Shown here: one piece after another, positions 9,854 to 19,904 of the stretch | Layout: every line of letters begins with the position of its first letter | Numbering within the stretch: the stretch's first letter is position 1 | Origin: Pseudomonadota bacterium | Lineage (GTDB): Bacteria; Myxococcota; JACRCW01; JAFGSX01 | Direction of reading: 5' to 3' | Assembly (NCBI GenBank): GCA_043821645.1 | Contig: JBDRCO010000070.1 | Coordinates: 1 to 64,000, forward strand | DNA length: 64,000 nt | The notes under the pieces: model-generated | The model's database searches: none | What the model saw: the letters and a program-made list of their open reading frames with translations, nothing else | Told to the model about the DNA's origin: nothing | Program-made: the position numbers and the translations under genes

Positions 9854-10573
9854 TCAGGCGTGCTGACGGGCCAGGGAGCGCTCGGCCAGGAACAGCGAAC
9901 CGCCGGCCAGGCTCAGGTAGTAAAGGACATCGCGGCTGTCGACGACGCCACGGGCCATGTTGTCCAGGTGCGAGCTGATGGACACGAACTCGAGCACCGG
10001 GGCGATGCCCTCGGGCACGAAGAACTGCAACCAGTACACGAAGTACAGCGCGGCGCCGACCAGGAAGGCGACGATGAAGGCCACGATCTGGTTGCTGGTG
10101 AAGGTGGAGCACAGCAGACCGATGGACAGCAGCGCCGAGGCGAACAGCACCAGGCCCAGGTAGCCGGACAGCACCGGGCCCCAGTCCAGGTTGCCGAGCG
10201 AGGCGACGGTGATGGCGTAGACCAGGGTGACGCCGAGGGCCGCACCGAGCAGGCCCAGGGCCGCCAGGAACTTGCCCACGATGACGTCGAAATCGCGCAG
10301 CGGCATGGTGGTGAGCAATTCGATGGTGCCGCTCCTGCGCTCCTCGGCGACCAGGCGCATGGTGACGGCGGGCGCCAGGATCACCAGCAGCATGGAGGGC
10401 GAGAAGGGCGAGGGCTGGAAGAAGGACCGCAGGTCGGCGCGACCGATGAGGAACATCGCGCTGAAGAACATCCAGCCCGCGACGAGCAAGAAGGCCACCA
10501 CCACGATGTAGGCGATGGGCGAATCGAAGTAGCTGCGCAGCTCGCGCCGCGCGATGACCAGCGCGTTACGCAT
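9854..10573 (-). CDS. ABC-2 type permease (GldF-like)
   Basis: RRELRSYFDSPIAY, TMRLVAEERRSGTIELLTT, GKFLA, GVVDSRDVLYY. Confidence 0.92.
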   Translation of the reverse strand: MRNALVIARRELRSYFDSPIAYIVVVAFLLVAGWMFFSAMFLIGRADLRSFFQPSPFSPSMLLVILAPAVTMRLVAEERRSGTIELLTTMPLRDFDVIVGKFLAALGLLGAALGVTLVYAITVASLGNLDWGPVLSGYLGLVLFASALLSIGLLCSTFTSNQIVAFIVAFLVGAALYFVYWLQFFVPEGIAPVLEFVSISSHLDNMARGVVDSRDVLYYLSLAGGSLFLAERSLARQHA

Positions 10574-11558
10574 GGGCGCCTCCCTCGCCGCGGGTCAAGC
10601 GGCGGAACGTGTCCTCGAGTGAGATGTGCTCGCGGTGCAGATCGAGAAGCACCAGGTCGTTTTCCACCGCGGCCCGGAACAGGCCCTCGCGCGGATCGTC
10701 CTTGCCCGCGGTCTGAACGCGGTAACCCAGGGTTCCTGCGCCCTCGCCCTCGTGGCTGGTGACGGTGCGCACGCCGGCCACCTTGCCAAGCACGGACTCG
10801 ACCTTGGCGGCGTCGATGGTGATGTCGTTCTTTGCCTTGAGCACGACCCGGATCACGGCACCGGTCTCGCGGGCAGCCAGCCCATCCGGGGTGTCGTCGG
10901 CGACCAGCTTGCCATCAGAGATGATCATGACGCGGTCACAGGTGGCCTGGACCTCGGGCAGGATGTGGGTCGACAGGATGACGGTCTTCTCGCGGCCAAG
11001 TTCCTTGATCAGCTCACGAATCTCGACGATCTGGTTGGGGTCAAGACCCGAGGTGGGCTCGTCGAGAATGACCAGGTCGGGGTCGTGCACCATGGCCTGT
11101 GCAAGACCCACGCGCTGGCGGAAGCCCTTGGACAGCTGCCCGATATCTTTACCCAGGACATTCATCAGGCCACAGCGCTCGGCGATGTCCTTGAGCCGGC
11201 GCGCCCGGATATCGAGGGGGATGTTGCGCATGTTGGCAACAAAGCGCAGGAAGTCCGCCACCATCATCTCGTTGTAGAGCGGCGCACTCTCGGGCAGGTA
11301 GCCGATGCGGCTGCGCGTGGCGATGGGGTCCGCTGCCACGTCCACACCACCGATCAGGGCCTGCCCGCTGGTCGGGCGCAGGAAACCGGTGAGGATGCGC
11401 ATGGTGGTGGTCTTGCCGGCCCCGTTGGGGCCCAAAAAGCCCACCACCTCGCCGCGGGAGATGTTGAAGGAGAGCTCGCTGAGCGCTCGCGTGGCGCCGT
11501 ACTGCTTGGACAGCGCGCGAGCCTCTATCATGCGTTCTGCTGAAGTGTCCGCCATCAT
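10566..11558 (-). CDS. ABC transporter ATP-binding protein (GldA-like)
   Basis: Walker A GPNGAGKTT, signature LSKGFRQRV, Walker B ILDEP, H-loop LSTH. Start moved to ATG 11558/11555 after GGAG. Confidence 0.95.
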   Translation of the reverse strand: MMADTSAERMIEARALSKQYGATRALSELSFNISRGEVVGFLGPNGAGKTTTMRILTGFLRPTSGQALIGGVDVAADPIATRSRIGYLPESAPLYNEMMVADFLRFVANMRNIPLDIRARRLKDIAERCGLMNVLGKDIGQLSKGFRQRVGLAQAMVHDPDLVILDEPTSGLDPNQIVEIRELIKELGREKTVILSTHILPEVQATCDRVMIISDGKLVADDTPDGLAARETGAVIRVVLKAKNDITIDAAKVESVLGKVAGVRTVTSHEGEGAGTLGYRVQTAGKDDPREGLFRAAVENDLVLLDLHREHISLEDTFRRLTRGEGGAHA

Positions 11559-11871
11559 CTTCTCCGTCAAGGGTGGCCAGATCCCGCGAGGGTTGAGTAC
11601 TTGGGATGGCCTGGGTCGTCCGCCAAACCAGAGGGACGCGGGCTTTATTCCGAAAACCAGCAAAAAGATCAAGGGGGGATGCGAGGGCGTGGGAGCTGCC
11701 CGGAGGGGCGCGTGCGGTCGGTATCAGGGGGATCAAGGGCACGGCTGTGCGCTTTCCTGCTCGACCCGAAAAAGAGCCACCAGAATGCATCGGTCATTCG
11801 TCGCATGACCCTGGGGTGCGAGTGTGTCCCACTTGAGCCTACACGTCCGTCAGCGTGCATGAGGAAAGACC

Positions 11872-14871
11872 ATGGAGCATCGCTGCAGCCTCAAGCTCTG
11901 CCCGGGCGTCGTCGCCCTGCTCGGCGTGCTCTCCTGCACACCAGGCTCGATCGCGCCCCCCTCCGAGGACGGCGGCGCCACGGTCGTGGTCGACGCGGCA
12001 GCCCTCGACGCCGTGGTCCGCGACAGCCTCCTCCGCGATTCCGCGCGCAGCGACACCGTGAGCCATGATCTCGCTGCGGGTGGCGACCGGCCTATGGGTA
12101 ATGACCAGGACAGCACCTGCCAGGAAGCCAGCCGACGCTGCGTCGGTCTGACGCCGGAGGTCTGCCAGAGCGACGGCACCTGGCGGGCCGAGGCCACCTG
12201 CGTCGAGGAATGCTACGGGGGCTGGTGCGCCATCGTCATCGAGGGCGGCGAGGCGTCCTCCGACGTCATCGAGCCCGCACGCAAGGTGATCGTGCGCGGC
12301 ACTCTTCGCGTCCCGCCAGAGTCGAACTCGGGGGCAAGTGGCCGGTTCCGGATCCAGGCGCGCGCCATCGTGGTCGAGGGCACCATCGACGCCCGGGGAA
12401 GTGGATCACCTGGCGGTGGTGGCGGCGGTGGCGGCGGCGGTGGCTGTCGCAACGCGGCGCACGGCGCACCCGGCACGGGGGGCAGCGGCACCAATGACGG
12501 GCAGCCTGGCCAGAGCGAGAATGCGTGTGGCGGCGACAAGTGGGGTGGCCCCGGGGGCCCTGGCGGCAATGGCGGGGGCGATCATGGTGGTGGCGGCGGC
12601 ACCGGCGGACCCTGCGTGGCCAGCTTCAACCAGGGTGGTTCGCCCGGCCAGGCCGGTGTCGCCGGAGGCTACGCCACGCCAGGCAGCAATGGCGACAGCA
12701 GCCTCGACGACACGGTGTGGCCTGGCTCGGGTGGTGGCGGCGGCGGCGGCGGCACCGGCGGTGGCAACGGCAATGGCGAAGGGGGTGGCGGCGGTGGTGG
12801 CGGCGGCGGCGGTGGTCGCGGCGGCGGATCGGTCGAACTGGTCAGTCACGACCTGCTGTGGATCCCCGGTCAGGTGTTCGCTGACGGCGAGCCCGGCGAG
12901 GATGGCGTGAGCGGCGGCGCGGCCGTGCGCGTCGCAGCGCAGGAAGGCGCGGGCGGCAATGGCGGCGCAGGCGGGAGCAGCGAGCCCGCACAGCAAGGCC
13001 TGGGAGGCAGCGGCGGCAGCTTCGAGGGAAACGGCACTCCGGGTGGGGACGGCGCCGGCGGCGGCGCGGGCGCGGGCGGTGGTGTGTTGCTGTCCTGCCC
13101 CACCCCCGGTGGCCTGTCGGTGACTGGCAGCGTCAGTGCCCTGGGCGCTGGCGACCAGAGCAGCAACGGCGGCACCATCAAGGTGCGCTTCTCGGGCGCC
13201 GAGCCCGTGGGGAACCTGCAGGCTGGCCGGGTGCACCTGCTCGAGGTGAGCGCGCCTGTCGACGCGGGGCAAGTGCCCGACTCGGCTGGACCCGATACCC
13301 GCGGCAGCGACGACGCCGCACACGCGGACGCAGCCGGGATAGACTCGGCCGTGCCCGACGCCGCGTTGCCCGATGTCGCGCAGCCAGACGCGTCGAGTTC
13401 CGATGCTGCCAGCGCCTGCACCCGCAACCCGATCGCGCGTTACGACACCGCCGAGATCGTGCTGCATGCGGCCCAGGACTACGACGCCACCCAGGGCGCT
13501 CCCAACCCCTTTGACATCGCGCTGAGCGCAACCGTCACGGCTCCGGACGGCCGCAGCTTCGAGGTGATGGGGTTCTTCGACGGCAACGGCCTTGGCGGTG
13601 CCGTCGGCGACGTGTTCAAGATCCGTGTCGCCCTGGATCAGGAGGGCCTCTGGAGCTGGATCAGCCACGCCAGCGAGGGGAGCCTCGACGGCCACAGCGG
13701 AAGCATTTGCTGCGCCGGCCTCCTGAGCGGAGTCTTTGGACGTGGCCCCCTGAAGGTCAACCCGGCCTACCCCCGCAGCTTCATGTACGCCGACGGAACG
13801 CCGGTCTACCTGGTGGGCAAGTTCCTCGACGTGGCCGCGCCCGATCCGATCAAGTTCTCCCACACCATGTTCTCGGAGAATCTGAGCGACACCAACCGCC
13901 AGGCCATGCTCGATCGCCACGTGGGCATGGGTCTGAACAAGATGAACGTGTACCTTGCCAACAAGGGCGACTATGGCAGCGTCTCGACCACCCCCTGGGT
14001 CGGCTCGGCTTCCTCCAACGACAAGAGCCGCTTCGACCTTGGCCGCTGGCACCGCTTCGAGCGCTGGACGCGAAGCCTGCGCGACGCCGGGCTCCTGGCC
14101 CAGCTGTGGTTCTTCGCCGATGACTCGGGCTTCGGCGATCTGCCCGACGCCCAGCGGCAGCGGCTGATCCGCTACGGCATGGCGAGGCTCTCGGCCTCCT
14201 CGAACACCTTCTTCACCCTCTGCCTGGAGTGGCAGGAGGGCTGGTCGGCAGCAGAGGTCAACGGTCACGCCAGTTATATGCAGCAGCACAACCCGTGGGG
14301 CCGCCTGATCAGCGTGCACGGCGTCACCGGCGACTTCAGCTACCCGGCGGCAGTCTGGGCGGACTACATGGACATCCAGTCTGGCAACGACGCCGACCAC
14401 GCCACGGTGCACAGCATGGGGGTGAGCAATCGCGGGCTGGCGGAGAAACCCCTGATCAACGAGGAGTTCGGCCTGGGCAACGAGGACACCGTGCACCGCC
14501 AGCGCGCCTGGGCTGCGTTCACCGCGGCGGGGGCGGGTTCGGGTACAGGCGCCTCGCTGCGCCACCTGGTTCACTTCACCCAGGCCGTGCCCTTTGAACG
14601 CATGGTACCCGCCGGTGTGCTGATCACCTCGGGGCAGGCCTACGCCATGGCCTGGCTAGGCCGTCACTACGTCTTCTACCTGCCTGACGGTGGCAGCGTG
14701 GGCGTGAATCTGAGCGGCCTGGGCGACATCTTCGCGGCGCGCTGGTACGACCCGCGCAATGGCACCTACAACGAGGCGGGGGAGGTGCGGGGCGGTGACG
14801 TGGTCAACCTGAGTGCGCCCGGCAGCGGGGACTGGGCGCTAGAACTCGTGTGGTCTCGAGCTGGAGACTGA
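11872..14871 (+). CDS. Modular lipoprotein: Gly-rich domain + DUF5060-like + glycoside-hydrolase-like barrel (apiosidase/DUF4038-like) + collagen-binding-like C-terminal domain
   Basis: Lipobox LLGVLSC; long GGx runs; NPFDIALSATVTAPDG...GFFDG; candidate catalytic Glu in LEWQE and PLINEEFG; C-terminal ARWYDPRNG...DWAL. Confidence 0.75.
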   Translation: MEHRCSLKLCPGVVALLGVLSCTPGSIAPPSEDGGATVVVDAAALDAVVRDSLLRDSARSDTVSHDLAAGGDRPMGNDQDSTCQEASRRCVGLTPEVCQSDGTWRAEATCVEECYGGWCAIVIEGGEASSDVIEPARKVIVRGTLRVPPESNSGASGRFRIQARAIVVEGTIDARGSGSPGGGGGGGGGGGCRNAAHGAPGTGGSGTNDGQPGQSENACGGDKWGGPGGPGGNGGGDHGGGGGTGGPCVASFNQGGSPGQAGVAGGYATPGSNGDSSLDDTVWPGSGGGGGGGGTGGGNGNGEGGGGGGGGGGGGRGGGSVELVSHDLLWIPGQVFADGEPGEDGVSGGAAVRVAAQEGAGGNGGAGGSSEPAQQGLGGSGGSFEGNGTPGGDGAGGGAGAGGGVLLSCPTPGGLSVTGSVSALGAGDQSSNGGTIKVRFSGAEPVGNLQAGRVHLLEVSAPVDAGQVPDSAGPDTRGSDDAAHADAAGIDSAVPDAALPDVAQPDASSSDAASACTRNPIARYDTAEIVLHAAQDYDATQGAPNPFDIALSATVTAPDGRSFEVMGFFDGNGLGGAVGDVFKIRVALDQEGLWSWISHASEGSLDGHSGSICCAGLLSGVFGRGPLKVNPAYPRSFMYADGTPVYLVGKFLDVAAPDPIKFSHTMFSENLSDTNRQAMLDRHVGMGLNKMNVYLANKGDYGSVSTTPWVGSASSNDKSRFDLGRWHRFERWTRSLRDAGLLAQLWFFADDSGFGDLPDAQRQRLIRYGMARLSASSNTFFTLCLEWQEGWSAAEVNGHASYMQQHNPWGRLISVHGVTGDFSYPAAVWADYMDIQSGNDADHATVHSMGVSNRGLAEKPLINEEFGLGNEDTVHRQRAWAAFTAAGAGSGTGASLRHLVHFTQAVPFERMVPAGVLITSGQAYAMAWLGRHYVFYLPDGGSVGVNLSGLGDIFAARWYDPRNGTYNEAGEVRGGDVVNLSAPGSGDWALELVWSRAGD

Positions 14872-14895
14872 AGCGAATTCGCGCTGAAGAGATCG

Positions 14896-14948
14896 GATGG
14901 TGTGGGGCGCAAAAGCATGGCCCTCGGCGTCGATGCGCCCCATCCGTC
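14896..14948. terminator. Inverted repeat between convergent genes, possible terminator or stability hairpin
   Basis: TGGGGCGCA (14903-14911) and TGCGCCCCA (14934-14942) form a perfect 9-bp stem, extendable with G-U pairs; no clear U-tract. Confidence 0.35.
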
Positions 14949-14958
14949 ACGCGCACCG

Positions 14959-17655
14959 CTACCGACCGCTATGCTCGACGGAGATCTGGGCCTGGTAGGC
15001 GCCGGCGCCCAGGGGCGACGTTGGCATCACGAGGAAGTAGCGTTCACCCTGAAAAGCAGGCTCTGCGAGGCCCGAGGCCTGGTAGTGAAAGCTGGTGCTG
15101 GGGTAAAAACTCAGCAACTGGGAACTGGCCATCTGCCCTCTGGCGACGAGCTGGCCGCGACTGTCGACGATCCTGGCCGCGCTCGAGGCCGGTATGGTGA
15201 TCGAAATCTGCATCCTGAAATCCTGCGGCAGCCAGGCCGCGCAGCCCGAGCAGGCACCGAGTTCAACCGGGGAACCCGGGTGCACGAAGACGGACTCCTG
15301 CTCGAAGTAAGGGGGACTGCAGCCGCCGCCTGCGTGGATGAAGTCGCTGGCATCGCAGGCCGCCCCCACACCATTGTGATTGCAGTCGGCCTGGGTCGGG
15401 TTGGCGAGCTCCACACAGTTGTCGCAGATGTCGCCGACCCCATCGCGGTCCTGGTCGGCTTGCAGCGGATTGGTCAGGTCCGGGCAGTTGTCCTCACCGT
15501 TGGCGACGCCGTCGCCGTCCCTGTCGTCGTCGCATGCGTCACCGACCTGGTCGCCATCAATATCTTCCTGCAGCCAGTTCGACACGTTCGGGCAGTTGTC
15601 GCTGGCGTCTGGCAGGTCGTCGCCGTCCGTGTCGATGCAGTCGGCAGGCACGGAGAAGTGGGGGTTCCAGGGGCACGGATCCGTGGCATTGGGTAAGTCG
15701 TCGCCGTCGATGTTGGAGTCGCAGGCGTCTCCCCACGAATCGTGGTCCAGGTCTCCCTGGCCCGGGTTCCAGATGGCAGGACAGTTGTCCTGTGCGTCGC
15801 CGACACCATCGCGGTCCTGGTCCGGACCCAGCGGGTCCGCGTCGCCGTCGCAGTCGGGGTCTGCCCCGCCCTCGGCCACACCCACCGCGGCCCACGCATT
15901 GCGCACCGTGCACACGTCCTCGGCCACCAGGTCTCCGCGCTCGTACAGGATGTTGGCCACGGCAAACAGGACGTTGCGAGCGTCGTCGAAGTTCGCCGAG
16001 CTCCCCAGCCAGTCGACGAGGGTGAGGTAGTAGAGCTGATTTGTCTTGGCACGCCCCATCCCGGGTATCTGGTAGCCGCTGAAGGCGCCCCCCTCCATGG
16101 TGAGGTAAAAAGCCTTGTTGGGAATACCGGCGTTGGTGTGCACTCCGCCGTTGTCCCCACTGATGTCGCGATACGAATCGAAGTGCGACGGATCGCCGTA
16201 GTCACCGGGATCGGACAGGCTGCGAATGGCCCCGATCACGGTGTCCTCTCCTATGGTCCAGTCGTCCGGATCGACCAGTGTGGCGGAGAAATCGGCAAAG
16301 CTCTCGGCCAGGGCCCCGCGCTGGCCGTAGTAGACGACCTCGCCGGAGTGCCAGTCGACAGCATGACCCCACTCGTGGCCAATGACGTCGAGCACGGCCA
16401 TGCCATTGCCAAACTTGATGTGGTCGCAGGTCGGGCTGAAGGACGCGTTCTCCCAGCTGGAGCCCGCGTGGACAAGGATCTCCTGCAAGCCGCCCGCACC
16501 GTTCCAGCCGTCGCGCCCGTGGCCGCTGAAGTAGGCGTCGTAGATCAGGTGGGCGGCGTCGTAGGCGTGCTGGCCATCGAGGGCCTCGTCCGCGCCAGCA
16601 CCCGGATAGCCGGACGGCCCACCTTCTTCGAACCACAGGCCCGACTCCTCACCCGCCTCCTGCCAGCAGCTGTCGGAGTACGTGTTGTAGACCGTCCGGA
16701 TGGCGAAGTCCTTGCCGGTGAAGAGCCGATCCTGGACCGAGAGCAGTGCGCCGTTGCGCGCATCGACAAAGGTGAGGAAGGCGGTTCCGGCACCGTCCCC
16801 GTCGCGAAAGCCCCTCAGACTCACCCGCCACGCCAGACGGGTCTCCTCGGCCAGCAGCGGTTGACCCGTCGCGAGCCCCGGGTTGAAGAGCATCAGCTCG
16901 GTGGCGCCGATCACCTCGAGCATCGTTCCCGGCACCAGCACGAGGGCCACGGCTTCGGCCTGGCCGCGGCCGAGCACGGGCTGCGGCAGGACGGGAATCT
17001 TGGGCAGGTAGCGACCGCTGGTGACCCGCACTGCGCTCGGGCTCAGGTGCACGGCCAGCTCGGCCCCGTACACCGGCACGCCGTGGTGGCGCTGTGAGAA
17101 GAAGACGTGGCGCAGATTGGATTCGCTCCCAGGCCGGCTCGCGTCGTCCCTGACGCGGCCGGGGAAGAGCTGTCGCTGTACATCGGTGAAGCCGTAGAGG
17201 TCCTTGTACGTCGTTAGAAAATCGAGGGCCTGGGCGACCGGGTCGTCGGGGAGCCCCTCGGGTATCGCTACGTCGACCAGCGCGAAGCTCGGGGAGGACC
17301 CCTCGAAGTGCAGCTGGGGTGGCTGCGCCGAGGCCGCGACCAGCGCCACCATCGCCCGCTCGGCCGGCAGCGGCGGCTGCGCTTCGCCGCCGTCCTCGGC
17401 GACGGCGCCATCAACGGCGCTCCCGTCCTCGCCAACCACGATGTCGCCGGGGCTGAGATCGCTACCCGGTGCCACGTCGGCGGCACCCCCGTCCACGTCC
17501 TCGCCCCCGATGCCGGCGTCGACAGCGCCGTCGACGGTGCTGGCGGCATCTCGACCACCGCCCACTTTCTTGTCCTCGACCTCTCCTCCGCAGTCGCACC
17601 CGGCAACGGCAACCAGCGACAGCACGAGCCCCAGGGAAAGACCTCTCCAGCACAT
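14959..17655 (-). CDS. M4 (thermolysin-like) Zn metallopeptidase lipoprotein with thrombospondin type 3 repeats
   Basis: Lipobox VAVAGC; propeptide HVFFSQRHHGVPVYG and FVDARNG; HEWGH; GALAESFAD; DNGGVHTNAGIPN; repeats such as DQDRDGVGDAQDNCP. Confidence 0.93.
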   Translation of the reverse strand: MCWRGLSLGLVLSLVAVAGCDCGGEVEDKKVGGGRDAASTVDGAVDAGIGGEDVDGGAADVAPGSDLSPGDIVVGEDGSAVDGAVAEDGGEAQPPLPAERAMVALVAASAQPPQLHFEGSSPSFALVDVAIPEGLPDDPVAQALDFLTTYKDLYGFTDVQRQLFPGRVRDDASRPGSESNLRHVFFSQRHHGVPVYGAELAVHLSPSAVRVTSGRYLPKIPVLPQPVLGRGQAEAVALVLVPGTMLEVIGATELMLFNPGLATGQPLLAEETRLAWRVSLRGFRDGDGAGTAFLTFVDARNGALLSVQDRLFTGKDFAIRTVYNTYSDSCWQEAGEESGLWFEEGGPSGYPGAGADEALDGQHAYDAAHLIYDAYFSGHGRDGWNGAGGLQEILVHAGSSWENASFSPTCDHIKFGNGMAVLDVIGHEWGHAVDWHSGEVVYYGQRGALAESFADFSATLVDPDDWTIGEDTVIGAIRSLSDPGDYGDPSHFDSYRDISGDNGGVHTNAGIPNKAFYLTMEGGAFSGYQIPGMGRAKTNQLYYLTLVDWLGSSANFDDARNVLFAVANILYERGDLVAEDVCTVRNAWAAVGVAEGGADPDCDGDADPLGPDQDRDGVGDAQDNCPAIWNPGQGDLDHDSWGDACDSNIDGDDLPNATDPCPWNPHFSVPADCIDTDGDDLPDASDNCPNVSNWLQEDIDGDQVGDACDDDRDGDGVANGEDNCPDLTNPLQADQDRDGVGDICDNCVELANPTQADCNHNGVGAACDASDFIHAGGGCSPPYFEQESVFVHPGSPVELGACSGCAAWLPQDFRMQISITIPASSAARIVDSRGQLVARGQMASSQLLSFYPSTSFHYQASGLAEPAFQGERYFLVMPTSPLGAGAYQAQISVEHSGR
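15350..15860 (-). repeat. Thrombospondin type 3 (Ca-binding) repeat array, coding
   Basis: Repeated D-x-D-x-D-G-x-G-D-A-C-D and DNCP units within the M4 protein; boundaries approximate. Confidence 0.85.
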
Positions 17656-18369
17656 GGCTCATCTCCAAATTTCTCAAGTATTTCAAGATGATTGTAGGCT
17701 CCGCTGGCTGCGTTTGTCGAAGCGTATTCGCCACCGCAGCGGCGACATGACGTCGAGGGCTCGCCTGGTGGAGGAGCGCTTTGCGTTCACGAGCGGAGGT
17801 TGAAGGCCAACCGTCATCCCGCCATGCCGTACATGGATTCGAACACTCGGTCACCTGAGCTGATGGCTCCGGTGACTTCTCTGTGTGGTGGCACCGCGGC
17901 GCGCCACGAACTCCTGCGCGATCTCCCGGCGGTCGTCATCCCCAAACCCATGTGCGAGGACCTCGAGGCCACGCGTGAAGGTGCCATCCTCTGGGGCGGA
18001 CCCCGCTGTGTGCAGCAGCGGGCTCTGACCCAGGTCGCGATCGATAGAAAGCAGGACCCTCACCGCCTTCGAGGAGATGTTCATCTGGAGACCAGATGGC
18101 CACCCTGGGCGACGCACTTTTTGCAGCAACAACGAGATGGTCCCGGGTGCGGTGGTCGTCGAGGCGGGGGTGATCCAGAAGCCCAGCCTCCTGGCATTCA
18201 AGAATCGCCAGGCACTGTATCCGCACGCATCGATCACTGTTGCTCCCGCCTGAAACAATCCGCGACTGCGCGAGGAAGAGGAGAGCCTGCCCCGCGTCGA
18301 TGACGAGAAAGCCGCATCCTGGCTCAAGCGTTTTTGAGCGCGGCGAGGAGCACAGCAGGCCATCCGATC

Positions 18370-19665
18370 TCAGGGCGCGGGGATGAACGGCAGCCAGGCG
18401 TCGTGCAGGAGACAGGTAGAGAACCTGCGCAGGGGGCAGTGCCGCCTGAAGGACGGCAGCTCCAGGCGAGGGAGCACGTCGGGGCAGGTGGCGTGCACGG
18501 GATAGTTCCAGATCATGGTGGCGCCCTCGGTGATCTGGTTGTTCATGGTCAGGAGTCCACCGTAGAACTGGACCTCCTGCATCCAGTCCAGCTCGCCATC
18601 AGCCCAGCTGTCCTCGCTGTTGACGTAGCGCTGCACGGCGCCCTGGCGCTGCCAGATGGCGTCGAGGCGCGAGGACAGATCCCCGTGCGCGTTGCGGTTG
18701 AAGATGTTGGCGTGCCGCGTCTCGTCGTTCCAGGTGTACCACACCATACTCTGGAGCCAGCTTCCGTCGCCGTTGTGATCCATGTCCTGGCTGCGGGGTA
18801 TGCCGTCTGCACCGAACTCCGTCGACCGCCAGGCGGCGATATCCTGCGATTCCTCGCCGAGGAGCAGTTCGCTGAGCACGGTCTCGCTACCGTCCTCATG
18901 ATGCGCGGTCAGGTGTCTCACCCGGTGGTCCACCTCGCCATCGGCGCCCAGATCCACTTCCTCGATCACGTCGCCGTCGGGCCCCAGGTGCATCCTCCGG
19001 CTCTCTCCAACCCTGGTGCCGGAGGCCAGGTCCAGGCTCGTGCGCTCCTCGTCGATGAGCTCGACTCCCGCCTCCACTCTCCGCATCTCCCACAGTCGGT
19101 AGCGCTGACCCCAGCGGAGTTCCCAGGCCGGCCCGCTCTCGGCCAGATGGCTAGCGATCCCGCCGTCGTCGCGGTAGGCCAGTTCCTCGCTCTCATAGAC
19201 CTGATCGTCGTCGCTGCGCACCCGCACCACGCGCGTCACCCGGCCTAGGGCGTCATACTGGTAGCGTGTCAGGAGGTCGAACACCCCGTAATAAACCTCG
19301 GCTTCGGCCACCGGCCAGTAGGGTCGCCTGGTCTCGTGCAGCTCGAGGACAAGACCCAGTTCATCTGTCTGAGCAGCCCATTCGAACTGATCGATGCCCA
19401 GGGTCTGCCCCATACTGATGAACTCGCAGGGGCCCGGGGCCTCGCGATCCTCGACCTCACTGTGGTCCCCCCCGTCACGAACTGGCGACAGTGGCGGCTC
19501 GGGGCCCGACCACGCGACCAGGTTCTCGTTCTCGCAACCCGTGAGCAGACCGGTCCCGACCTGGCTTGCCAGGACGAGCCGCAATAAACCTCGGGCAGCC
19601 CTCGCTAGCGCAGTCCGGCTCGCATGGGAGCCGGGCGAAGGGTCAACAAGCTGCAACGGGCGCAT
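18370..19665 (-). CDS. Hypothetical lipoprotein with YD-like and DxxxDG beta-hairpin motifs
   Basis: Lipobox GLLTGC; RYQYDALGRVTRV; EVDLGADGEVD, DMDHNGDGS, DSWADGELD. Confidence 0.65.
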   Translation of the reverse strand: MRPLQLVDPSPGSHASRTALARAARGLLRLVLASQVGTGLLTGCENENLVAWSGPEPPLSPVRDGGDHSEVEDREAPGPCEFISMGQTLGIDQFEWAAQTDELGLVLELHETRRPYWPVAEAEVYYGVFDLLTRYQYDALGRVTRVVRVRSDDDQVYESEELAYRDDGGIASHLAESGPAWELRWGQRYRLWEMRRVEAGVELIDEERTSLDLASGTRVGESRRMHLGPDGDVIEEVDLGADGEVDHRVRHLTAHHEDGSETVLSELLLGEESQDIAAWRSTEFGADGIPRSQDMDHNGDGSWLQSMVWYTWNDETRHANIFNRNAHGDLSSRLDAIWQRQGAVQRYVNSEDSWADGELDWMQEVQFYGGLLTMNNQITEGATMIWNYPVHATCPDVLPRLELPSFRRHCPLRRFSTCLLHDAWLPFIPAP

Positions 19666-19904
19666 GGGGACCTCGTCGATGTCAGTTCGAGATGATGCGC
19701 GAGGGAGTGAGCACGAAGCGTACCAGGGCCCACTCCTTGCCAGGGCTAGCAGAGAGCGCGTCGTTCACTTGCACGGCGCCGCTGATCTGTGCAGCGCCTG
19801 CCCCATTAGCGCACGCTGCGCAGATCCACAGATGAAGCGCCCGGGAGTCCCGGCGGGCAGTGCTCGAACTGCCGCCACTGGCCCAGACGGGATACACTGT
19901 ACGG

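Noticed and set aside
8174-11558. Inference of Bacteroidota-type gliding motility from the Gld-like ABC genes
   Set aside because: GldA/F/G homologs are widespread in non-gliding taxa, and no gldK-N/spr genes are present.
12410-13085. GGC/GGT runs as microsatellite or CRISPR-like array
   Set aside because: They are in-frame polyglycine codons of the 11872-14871 protein; no repeat-spacer structure or cas genes seen anywhere in the window.
17800-18363. Overlapping ORFs 17800-18303 (+) and 17851-18363 (-)
   Set aside because: No motif, clear RBS or decisive codon bias for either; a short minus-strand peptide (MNISSKAVRVLL...) is possible but unsupported.
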